Virus record (IMG/VR): IMGVR_UViG_3300045988_125079
Location: 1-64,000 of that record
From: a virus
DNA length: 64,000 nucleotides
Direction: 5' to 3' (one strand)
Shown here: one piece after another, positions 29,001 to 36,065 of the stretch
Layout: every line of letters starts with the position of its first letter
Position numbering within the stretch: the stretch's first letter is position 1
The notes under the pieces: generated by a model
Seen by the model: only the letters and a program-made list of their open reading frames with translations
What the model was told of the DNA's origin: nothing
The model's database searches: none
Program-made: the position numbers and the translations under genes

Positions 29001-29650
29001 CAGACGCCCTCCTTCCCGGCGGGCTCCGTCTTATCCTCTTCGATAAACTCCTCAATGGAAGAAATCATTTTGAGTTCATCCTGAACTGTATTGGTGATCT
29101 TTTCAATGGCCGCACTAGCTTCAACGTTGCGATTCGTCAAAGCCTCGATCTGTTCCTTCATAGATTCGATCTGCTGGTCGTTGCCCTTCATCTCATCAAA
29201 CAACGCATTCATCTTATCGTTACCAACAGCTCGCAGAAGCTCCTTGCGCTGCTTCGCATCAGAGATAATCGCGGTTGCATCATATCCCAGTGTCGCCATC
29301 AGATTTTTTACTGTGGCACGCTTAGTCTTGGTGGGCATCTCAGACGGGAATGTATCGATCACATCTTTGATTTTGTAGACAGTAACTGCATCAGCAGGAT
29401 TCATACCATTGGTCTCGTAAACCGCCTGAACATCGATGGTGTCGCCCTCAGGAACCTCGGCCTGAACCGGTTCATCTATTGGGAGATCTTCGTTAATATA
29501 GTGGTCACCAACGTCACCACAAGCGCGAAGCTCATTCGTAGTATCCGGCATATCATACTCAGAAGCAGCTACACCCTCAACAAGACCGAGTTTTTCAAAA
29601 AAACTTTTCTTTGCCATAATTTTCTCCTCTTTAATCTTCTTCTCCGACAT
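29000..29650 (-). CDS. acidic coiled-coil protein with amphipathic N-terminus
   Basis: KKSFFEKLGLVEG N-terminal helix. C-terminal coiled coil. No family recognised. Confidence 0.5.
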   Translation of the reverse strand: MSEKKIKEEKIMAKKSFFEKLGLVEGVAASEYDMPDTTNELRACGDVGDHYINEDLPIDEPVQAEVPEGDTIDVQAVYETNGMNPADAVTVYKIKDVIDTFPSEMPTKTKRATVKNLMATLGYDATAIISDAKQRKELLRAVGNDKMNALFDEMKGNDQQIESMKEQIEALTNRNVEASAAIEKITNTVQDELKMISSIEEFIEEDKTEPAGKEGV

Positions 29651-29807
29651 CTATTGATTCATAGTGGTCGTCTTTAAATTCATTAAAGCCGCCACCAAAA
29701 TACCAGCCGCGATTTTCTATAAATGCTAAGAATTCATCTACAACGTCATTCAAACTGACAGTGGTTGGAACGTTCAGACAGCCATCTATTTCGATTTCGT
29801 GTGTCAT
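29641..29807 (-). CDS. hypothetical small protein (55 aa)
   Basis: AAGGAGG RBS before the ATG at 29807. Product MTHEIEIDGCLNVPTTVSLNDVVDEFLAFIENRGWYFGGGFNEFKDDHYESIDVGEED. Confidence 0.4.
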
Positions 29808-29816
29808 GTGTCCTCC

Positions 29817-30569
29817 TTATGAAAATTTCCACTTAAAAATCTTCTTGATACAAGCGTTTGTGATCCAATCAAACAAAATACTGAAAACCACAATCGCCAA
29901 TATTCCAACAAACACCAACGTTGTGCGACCACGAGCAGACGAAGTATAGATCAGATATCCGATACCATACTTTGCATTCACCGTTTCCGCTACTGCGATG
30001 TAGGTCCAACCGATGGCGTACATTGTAGCGAATGACTGACAAATAGATGGAGCAGCCATCGGAAGAATGATTCGTGTAACCATGCTAAACTTCCCTGCCC
30101 CATCAATACTAGCTGCTTCAATCACATCGTCTCTGACATCATCCAAAGCAATCAGTACACTTGGTAACATGAATACGAAGCTGGCCACAAACAGAAAAGC
30201 AATTTTCATCTGTTCCCCTATGCCGAACCACATCGTAAGCAGCGGATAAAAAGCAGTCACTGGCAAAAATCTCATTGCCCGAATCGCTGGATACAACAGG
30301 TTTTGAATCGGATGACAGATTTTCATCAGGCAGCCAAGTGGAACTGCAATACCGGCACTCAGAAGAGCTGCTGCTGTAATACGAATCAATGAATATCGAA
30401 ACGCTTTGAGCATCGTGCCATTCTGTATCAACAGAAAGAACTCACGGAACACAGCACCTTTCTGGGGAACAAAAATTGGCGAAGTCAGAGCCGCGCCAAT
30501 GTCCCAGATAATCGCCAACAGAATCAGAAGAATCACACGATAGATCCAATCTTTCTTCGTCGTTTTCAT
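29817..30569 (-). CDS. ABC transporter permease (NitT/TauT-type, EAA loop)
   Basis: About six TM segments. EAASIDGAGKFSMVTRIILPMAAP is an EAA motif. Confidence 0.85.
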   Translation of the reverse strand: MKTTKKDWIYRVILLILLAIIWDIGAALTSPIFVPQKGAVFREFFLLIQNGTMLKAFRYSLIRITAAALLSAGIAVPLGCLMKICHPIQNLLYPAIRAMRFLPVTAFYPLLTMWFGIGEQMKIAFLFVASFVFMLPSVLIALDDVRDDVIEAASIDGAGKFSMVTRIILPMAAPSICQSFATMYAIGWTYIAVAETVNAKYGIGYLIYTSSARGRTTLVFVGILAIVVFSILFDWITNACIKKIFKWKFS

Positions 30570-30796
30570 TATTCAGTTTTCTCCTTTGGTGGGTCTTCTG
30601 GCAGAGGCATCCAATGTGTAACATGATTTAAATACCAGCATTCATTTGCATCACACCACTGGTTGTCATCATCAAGATAACCTTTGCGCTGTCCGCATTC
30701 TTCGTCATAAATCCAAACGACATCACTCGAAGCCCATTTCTTATCTTCTTTAGGTGGTAAGGAGGTTTTTACAGAGATCCAATCACTTGTTTTCAT
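30569..30796 (-). CDS. DUF551-like phage protein
   Basis: WISVKTSLPPKE ... HVTHWMPLPEDPP. ATG at 30796 is preceded by GAGGT. Confidence 0.5.
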   Translation of the reverse strand: MKTSDWISVKTSLPPKEDKKWASSDVVWIYDEECGQRKGYLDDDNQWCDANECWYLNHVTHWMPLPEDPPKEKTE

Positions 30797-30829
30797 TTTG
30801 AATACCTCATAATATTTAATTTTCAAAAA

Positions 30830-30901
30830 TGGCCTGTACCGGAATTGAACCGATGTCTCCGCCGTGAAAGGGCAGCATCTTCACCTCTTGACTAACAGGC
30901 C
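30830..30901 (-). tRNA. tRNA-Glu (anticodon UUC)
   Basis: Hand fold. Acceptor GGCCUGU/ACAGGCC, anticodon loop CUUUCAC, T-loop UUCAAUU. No encoded CCA. Confidence 0.85.
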
Positions 30902-30907
30902 ATATGA

Positions 30908-30993
30908 CGCGGCGAATCCGATTCGAACGGATGGAGGTTTAACCCTCAGAAGTTTTCAAGACTTCCGCATTAGACCAACTATGCTACCGCCGC
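30908..30993 (-). tRNA. tRNA-Ser (anticodon UGA), long variable arm
   Basis: Hand fold. Acceptor GCGGCGG/UCGCCGC, anticodon loop CUUGAAA, variable arm UGAGGGUUAAACCUCC, T-loop UUCGAAU. Confidence 0.85.
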
Positions 30994-31010
30994 ATATAAA
31001 AGAGGATTAT

Positions 31011-31529
31011 TCACCCTCTAGTTTTTCTTCTATCAATTTCTTTATTAACAGCGTCTAAGAAGTTTATCCAGTTCGCTTTGTCAAACTCATCTCCGAAATC
31101 AAAGAAACCATTCTTACGCTCTTCTAAATCTCTCTGGAAGCACCATAACGTTTTATCGCTCAGCTCGCCTAGATGTGGCGTAATGAAATCGATCACAAGA
31201 CTTGGCATATAGGTTCTGCGTCCTACCGCATATCTAACAGCACAATTGCAAACAGCACCGAAATTATCATTGGCAGGGTCTACCATTCCTTTAGGAGCAT
31301 CTGCCCTCAAATCATCCACGCTACATTCAAGGGCTTCGGCGAATTTTGCTAGTTGCGTTTCCTTCTTTACGCCACGCTTTTGCTTTTCAACAGCGCTGAC
31401 ATACGCACCGGTCGCTCCAACTATCCTTGCAACGTCTTTCTGTCTGATACCAAGTTCAAGCCTGCGCTTCCTGATTTTCTCCCCTACTGTCATACTCGTC
31501 CAGTTCCTTTCTGATTTGCTGGCGTTCAA
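31011..31529 (-). CDS. XRE-family HTH transcriptional regulator with C-terminal unknown domain
   Basis: GEKIRKRRLELGIRQKDVARIVGATGAYVSAVEKQKRG. The track start at 31529 is a TTG codon. An ATG alternative lies at 31493. Confidence 0.7.
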   Translation of the reverse strand: MNASKSERNWTSMTVGEKIRKRRLELGIRQKDVARIVGATGAYVSAVEKQKRGVKKETQLAKFAEALECSVDDLRADAPKGMVDPANDNFGAVCNCAVRYAVGRRTYMPSLVIDFITPHLGELSDKTLWCFQRDLEERKNGFFDFGDEFDKANWINFLDAVNKEIDRRKTRG

Positions 31530-31686
31530 TTTGCTTCAATCTCGCCTTTGCCAGCTTGCGATTGCCAGCCTTGCGGATAGCCCAGTTGTTGCGGTGATTC
31601 GCCCAGCAAGCGTATCTATGGCTAAATTCACTCTGATCATACCAGCCTTTACCAATAAGACCTTTATACGTCTGTTGTTGTTTCAT
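31456..31686 (-). CDS. hypothetical basic protein
   Basis: Co-directional ORF. Confidence 0.4.
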   Translation of the reverse strand: MKQQQTYKGLIGKGWYDQSEFSHRYACWANHRNNWAIRKAGNRKLAKARLKQIERQQIRKELDEYDSRGENQEAQA

Positions 31687-31996
31687 CGTCGTTAACCTCC
31701 CACCAAATTTCGTTTTCAGGAACGAATTTGTCTTGAACTGGAGAGAAGTTCATCCAGTCAAAAGAAATCATCGACTGAGCCTTATCTTTAGTTAAGTGGC
31801 GAGTGATTTTATTATGTTTCCAATTTGTCTTCAGTCGTTCTTCGACCGCTGTATATGTAATAGGGTTGATTTTCATCTGATAAACGTTTTTAATCGTACC
31901 AGATTTTATCGTGTCGTACAGATTGATTGCTTTGTAAAAATCATTAGAAGTAACGCACTTTATGTAATCATCAGGTTTGAATTTTACGACGTTCAC
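31664..31996 (-). CDS. hypothetical protein (GTG start)
   Basis: The track ORF extends over the suppressor tRNA. A GTG at 31996 is preceded by AAAGGAG at 8 nt spacing and lies just downstream of the tRNA 3' end. Confidence 0.5.
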   Translation of the reverse strand: MNVVKFKPDDYIKCVTSNDFYKAINLYDTIKSGTIKNVYQMKINPITYTAVEERLKTNWKHNKITRHLTKDKAQSMISFDWMNFSPVQDKFVPENEIWWEVNDDETTTDV

Positions 31997-32019
31997 AAAC
32001 TCAGCTCCTTTTGTTTTCT

Positions 32020-32095
32020 TGGCACGCCTGTTTCGATTCGAACGAAAATCCACTGGGTTTAGAGCCCATTCCTTTACCAATTAAGGTACAGACGC
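32020..32095 (-). tRNA. suppressor tRNA, anticodon CUA (reads UAG), CCA encoded
   Basis: Hand fold of 76 nt: GCGUCUG UA CCUU AAUUGGUA AAGG A AUGGG CUCUAAA CCCAG UGGAU UUUCG UUCGAAU CGAAA CAGGCGU G CCA. U33 and A37 are present. One A27-G43 mismatch. Confidence 0.8.
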
Positions 32096-32264
32096 TCATA
32101 TAGCTGTCTTTCCAGCCGCCATCGGTTTATGTTTTTGTTCCGCAGAACTACTAACAATACCATCACATCAGCCGCACGCGCTAATGCTGGCTACAATAGT
32201 TGCAACTCGAAAACTACTTACCGCGTGGTGCAACCGGCGGGTTACGATCAGATTAGATTAGTAC

Positions 32265-32798
32265 CTAATCTTCATTTGAGATAAGTTTAATATCCATGAC
32301 TCTGCATGGCAAATTATAAAACTTGCACCATTTCTTTACTGAGTTTCCAGTAACATTAAACATTCTTCCGATTTGATCAAATGGAGTGTCTCTAATTAAT
32401 TTTTTCAGATTTTCTCTTGTTGGCCAACAACTATGAAGTTTATTTTTATGACAGGAAACACAGAGCTTTGCTTTTCTGTCGATAATCACTCCACATACTT
32501 GACATCGATTTATTTTTTCTTCACACCAATATGAACCATCTTCATATTGATGACACATACCAAAGTCTTCGTGCAGCATGTGGAAACGAGTATGGTCGCT
32601 TTGGGTTGCAAATACTATAAGATTTTCTGGACGATTATCGTTTCGGATATGGTTTATATGATGAACCACTTCTTCACGTTTCAACGGCCTCCCTATTTTT
32701 TGCTCTGCAACCAAAACATGTTCATACACCATTCCACTGGTATTTGCATGTAAATGATTTGGGCACCAAACTAATATGTAACCATTTGCTATTGCCAT
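32265..32798 (-). CDS. HNH homing-endonuclease-like protein
   Basis: MAIANGY...EEVVHHINHIRNDNRPENL is an HNH motif, followed by a Zn ribbon CQVCG...CVSCH. ATG at 32798 follows GGGAGG. Ends in TAG, with an in-frame TAA 4 codons later. Confidence 0.85.
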   Translation of the reverse strand: MAIANGYILVWCPNHLHANTSGMVYEHVLVAEQKIGRPLKREEVVHHINHIRNDNRPENLIVFATQSDHTRFHMLHEDFGMCHQYEDGSYWCEEKINRCQVCGVIIDRKAKLCVSCHKNKLHSCWPTRENLKKLIRDTPFDQIGRMFNVTGNSVKKWCKFYNLPCRVMDIKLISNED

Positions 32799-32821
32799 AT
32801 GATAAACCTCCCGCCAGTAAC

Positions 32822-32900
32822 TGGTGTGATCGATGGGGCTCGAACCCACGAAAACCCTCTGATTAAAAGTCAGATGCTCTACCAACTGAGCTACGATCAC
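32822..32900 (-). tRNA. tRNA-Lys (anticodon UUU), CCA encoded, enlarged variable loop
   Basis: Hand fold. Acceptor GUGAUCG/CGAUCAC, anticodon loop CUUUUAA, T-arm GUGGG-UUCGAGC-CCCAU, 8-nt variable region. Confidence 0.8.
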
Positions 32901-33352
32901 ATATACAAACCACAGAGGGATGTCACCTGTGGTCTTTTGTCCTGGCTTTAACGGGTCAGGCGTCCGGCATTTACCGTTACTCTTCAGAGCACTATTGGCG
33001 ATATGCTTATCCACTGCGGTTCTCAAACTCGATCATCCTTTTTGGTCAAGCCTCTTCCGGGTTATAGCCGCGCTACATAAGGTTTTCAATGTTATTCCTT
33101 CATTACTGTTTTCGAGCTGGTGAGACTTACGCACAGTTGCGCTCGGAATGCGGATCTTACATCGTCAGGGCACGCAGTTTGACCAAGCTTGCTACATCGG
33201 TCCCTGATCAGGAGTGTGACTGCCTCGCTAATCCTGTTGCAAACATCATCGATAATATCATTTGGGTCTGTGGATTTATCTCAGACGGAAAACGCATTAT
33301 CAATCGGAGGGAATTATGAACTCAAATTCAATTATCAAATCAACTTGCACAT
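32901..33352 (-). ncRNA. candidate large structured non-coding RNA between tRNA-Phe and tRNA-Lys
   Basis: 452 nt with no minus-strand ORF of 60 aa or more. Visibly more G/C than neighbouring genes. Drawable stems include CCACAG...CUGUGG (32910-32932), CGAGC[CGCA-ACUG-UGCG]...GCUCG (33113-33145) and the palindrome CCUGAUCAGG (33202-33211). Confidence 0.3.
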
Positions 33353-33427
33353 TGGTGGTCCCGGCCTGAATTGAACAGGCGCACACGGAGCTTCAATCCG
33401 CTGCTCTACCAACTGAGCTACAGAACC
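33353..33427 (-). tRNA. tRNA-Phe (anticodon GAA), CCA encoded
   Basis: Hand fold. Acceptor GGUUCUG/CGGGACC, anticodon loop UUGAAGC, T-arm GCCUG-UUCAAUU-CAGGC. Confidence 0.85.
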
Positions 33428-33432
33428 GTAAT

Positions 33433-33987
33433 TTATATCGTCAACCATTCTTCATTTGTATAATTTTTTATATCGCTAGATTTAAATGGCAAATTATAAT
33501 ACTTGCACCAGTTCTTTATGCAATTTCCAGTTACATTGAACTGTCTCCCTATTTGTTCAAAAGGAAATGATCTTATCAGATTTTTCAAAGTTTCTCTTTT
33601 AGGGCGTCCGTCTCGTCCTTCCTCCCTGTAACATTCTCGGCACAGAGTAGCTCCAGGATATATAACACAACCGCAACGCACACAATGATTGATTTTTAAT
33701 GGGTTGCTTTTACACGAAACCGTTCCATCAATATCAAATGTACATAAAGTAAAATCTTCTTCATTCATATGGAAAATCGAATGATCCTTTTTGGTCTTAA
33801 AAATCATTAAGTTGTCTGGATTATTATTGGACCGATTATGATCAATATGATGCACTACTTCTTCAGCAGTTAGATATCTTCCAAGTTTCTTTTCTGCAAC
33901 TAAAACATGTTCATATACCATTCCACTAATATTCGCATGTGGATGATTAGGCATATAAATTCGAACATATCCGTTAGCATATCCCAT
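33433..33987 (-). CDS. HNH homing-endonuclease-like protein (paralog of 32265..32798)
   Basis: MGYANGYVRIYMPNHPHAN...EEVVHHIDHNRSNNNPDNL. Zn ribbon CVRCG...CRECY. C-terminal HTH-like FEQIGRQFNVTGNCIKNWC. Confidence 0.85.
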   Translation of the reverse strand: MGYANGYVRIYMPNHPHANISGMVYEHVLVAEKKLGRYLTAEEVVHHIDHNRSNNNPDNLMIFKTKKDHSIFHMNEEDFTLCTFDIDGTVSCKSNPLKINHCVRCGCVIYPGATLCRECYREEGRDGRPKRETLKNLIRSFPFEQIGRQFNVTGNCIKNWCKYYNLPFKSSDIKNYTNEEWLTI

Positions 33988-34009
33988 GATTTTATCCTCC
34001 TAATTTATT

Positions 34010-34076
34010 TGAAGAAGTAGGATTCGAACCTACACTCGGGCTTTCGACCCAGCTCTACCAGTTAAGCTATTCTCCC
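34010..34076 (-). tRNA. tRNA-like element with aberrant anticodon arm (possible pseudo-tRNA)
   Basis: D-arm GCUU-AACUGGUA-GAGC and T-arm GUAGG-UUCGAAU-CCUAC look canonical. Only 18 nt lie between them (GGG-UCGAAAG-CCC). G1-A72 is mismatched. 67 nt. Confidence 0.35.
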
Positions 34077-34191
34077 ATATAAACGGCAGGTTTTGTTACG
34101 CCCCTGCCTTGGCGCTCACCATTTATCAGCCATGCGGTAAACGACGGGGCTTATGTAATCGACCCACGAACCTACGCCCATGGATTTTAAA

Positions 34192-34290
34192 GACCTTTGA
34201 CCTGTATTCGTTATTATTTGACCGTTGATAAAAGTTTAACCTTTGAACTTTCAACCTTTAATCTTTAAATAAATAAACTTTAACCTTTCC
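34192..34290. repeat. cluster of AACCTTT-core direct repeats (iteron/operator-like)
   Basis: gacctttga (34192-34200), aagtttaacctttgaa (34232-34247), gaactttcaaccttta (34245-34260) and aaactttaacctttcc (34275-34290), all in an A/T-rich non-coding stretch. Confidence 0.4.
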
Positions 34291-34350
34291 GAAGAATTTG
34301 AGTCAATTACGTGTTGGCCCTCAGGACAACTCCTCCTCTTGACTCGATGT

Positions 34351-34420
34351 TTTTGAATATCGGAATCGAACCGACAAGACAGATTTTATGTCTGCGCCTT
34401 AACCATTTGGCTAATTCAAA
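34351..34420 (-). tRNA. tRNA-like element with non-canonical anticodon loop
   Basis: Acceptor UUUGAAU/AUUCAAA and T-arm GUCGG-UUCGAUU-CCGAU. The best anticodon hairpin is AGACA-UAAAAUC-UGUCU, which lacks U33. The variable region is almost absent. Confidence 0.35.
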
Positions 34421-34598
34421 ACCCAAGTATTGTTAGAATATATTTATACTTGATCTTCATATAGGCTTATCAGGCCGCTTTTATATGTGACTATTTGCTT
34501 CTTTATTTATTTGATTTCACTCTAGCGCCGCCGTCATTGGCAAAGAGCGAACAATTACAGTTTGTCGTTTTCAATAAACAGTGAATATGTATCAATGA

Positions 34599-35240
34599 TT
34601 AGTATTCGATTGTGATTTCGGTAGTTGCATTAGATTCAGATAAAACCGCGTCAACCTCAGCTTTGAAACTATTGATTTCGTCGGCCAGATTTTCCTTAGT
34701 TTTTTTAATGTTAATACCGTCAATCAGAATCATAGTTTCGCGCTCAATGTAACCATCTCGCATATCGCGAATTGCATCAGGAGACATCCCGTCTTTGTCG
34801 GCGGGGTTATTGCTTCGAATGACAAAATCATCCGCACGATCACTCAGGCGAGAATTCGTAGTTTCAATTACACTGACTGCATTGGAATACTGTCGCTCCA
34901 TCTGATTAAGCAGATCACTCAAGAAGTCGATTCCGTGCTGATTCATCCAAATAATTTGAGCGATAGTGTAGTCCTTACCGCATACAGTGCGATGGGTAAC
35001 AGCGTTAGACTCGGAGATAGCGCGCTTAATAGCATTCAGGCGAGCAATTAGGTCTTTGATTTTATCCAGTGAACTCTGACCATTTGCCTTATACTCTTCA
35101 ATGGTGACACCACCAAGCTTCTTCATGCTCTGCTTAGCAGCTCCGCAGAAAACAGCTTCACGAGTCAGCTTAGAAATCCGGTCTTCCAAAACGTTAATTT
35201 CAGCCAGTGCACGATGAATTGTCATAGTTTCAGTAGTCAT
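34599..35240 (-). CDS. hypothetical protein (coiled-coil rich)
   Basis: 213-aa ORF flanked by tRNA genes. AAAGGAGAA RBS. No family recognised. Confidence 0.55.
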   Translation of the reverse strand: MTTETMTIHRALAEINVLEDRISKLTREAVFCGAAKQSMKKLGGVTIEEYKANGQSSLDKIKDLIARLNAIKRAISESNAVTHRTVCGKDYTIAQIIWMNQHGIDFLSDLLNQMERQYSNAVSVIETTNSRLSDRADDFVIRSNNPADKDGMSPDAIRDMRDGYIERETMILIDGINIKKTKENLADEINSFKAEVDAVLSESNATTEITIEY

Positions 35241-35292
35241 AGTCGTTCTCCTTTAAAATATATAATCTTTAATGCGGTAGCCCGCTATTCAA

Positions 35293-35368
35293 TGGTGCTG
35301 GGGGTGGGGCACGATCCCACAACCTGAAAATTACAAATTTCCTGCGCTACCAATTACGCCACTCCAGC
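35293..35368 (-). tRNA. tRNA-Thr (anticodon UGU), CCA encoded, atypical T-loop
   Basis: Hand fold. Acceptor GCUGGAG/CCCCAGC (one A-C mismatch), anticodon loop UUUGUAA, T-arm GUGGG-AUCGUGC-CCCAC. Confidence 0.7.
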
Positions 35369-35998
35369 TTATGATGTGAGCATGTCTGCCCACATATTTA
35401 AAATGGATTCGATTGGATCTTTCGTAACAAACCCATTCAATTTTGATTCTTGCGATTGAACCGCCAAGTGATTTTTATATGTATCAAAGTACCTAAGCAC
35501 CTGTTGATGAATGCTATTTGTTGTCCTTCCGTCCTTTAAGTACCGACGGTACTTCCCTGCTCCAATTTGATATCGAAGCAATGCTGACGAATCGTTTTCT
35601 GTGAACTGTTTATGATATGCAAGGAGCGCTACTCCGCACCGAATTCCAATCTCGTCATCCAACAATTCCCTCATTGAATTGATACCAAGCGTCCGATGTA
35701 AAAAATCAAAGTTAACTTCATTAACCTGCATCAAACCGTAGTCAATCGTACCGTTAGAATTTTTATGTGTCAGTCCACTTTGAAAACGACTTTCATTATA
35801 TATAACAGCAACAGTCAAACTGTAATCAACGTCATATTCGTTACATATCTCCGCTGTATATCTTTTTAAGTCAGGAGACCAGTTTTCATATTCTTCAATT
35901 GGATTTTCCGCATTAGCAGCCGTTGAAACGACGGCAACGCAAAACAACATAACTATTACCGCACAAATCCATTTTGTAATTGTAATTCTGTACTTCAT
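35369..35998 (-). CDS. lytic transglycosylase (SLT domain) with signal/TM N-terminus
   Basis: VIYNESRFQ ... DYGLMQVN gives the catalytic ES and GLMQ motifs. Hydrophobic N-terminus. Confidence 0.8.
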   Translation of the reverse strand: MKYRITITKWICAVIVMLFCVAVVSTAANAENPIEEYENWSPDLKRYTAEICNEYDVDYSLTVAVIYNESRFQSGLTHKNSNGTIDYGLMQVNEVNFDFLHRTLGINSMRELLDDEIGIRCGVALLAYHKQFTENDSSALLRYQIGAGKYRRYLKDGRTTNSIHQQVLRYFDTYKNHLAVQSQESKLNGFVTKDPIESILNMWADMLTS

Positions 35999-36025
35999 GC
36001 CAACTGTTATTATCTACCCTATACA

Positions 36026-36055
36026 TTTTTTAAGAGAAAGAGCCTCTCGGCTCTT
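36026..36055 (-). terminator. rho-independent terminator candidate
   Basis: AAGAGCC-GAGA-GGCUCUU (7-bp stem, tetraloop) followed by UCUCUU on the minus strand, 11 nt after the stop of 36066..37100. Confidence 0.55.
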
Positions 36056-36065
36056 AGTCTTATCA

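Noticed and set aside
31997-32080. N-terminal extension of track ORF 31664..32080
   Set aside because: It overlaps the suppressor tRNA gene. A GTG with an AAAGGAG RBS just downstream of the tRNA is the more plausible start.
32799-33026. N-terminal 76 residues of track ORF 32265..33026
   Set aside because: This part translates tRNA-Lys (the tell-tale IVAQLVEHLTFNQRV) and non-coding RNA. The real HNH gene starts at the ATG at 32798 behind GGGAGG, and that start aligns with the start of its paralog at 33987.
34120-34190. Possible extra tRNA suggested by a ...GGUGAGCGCCA 3' end and a GGUUCG word
   Set aside because: No complementary 5' acceptor strand and no T-arm geometry could be found upstream. 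It was left as part of the unexplained non-coding tract.
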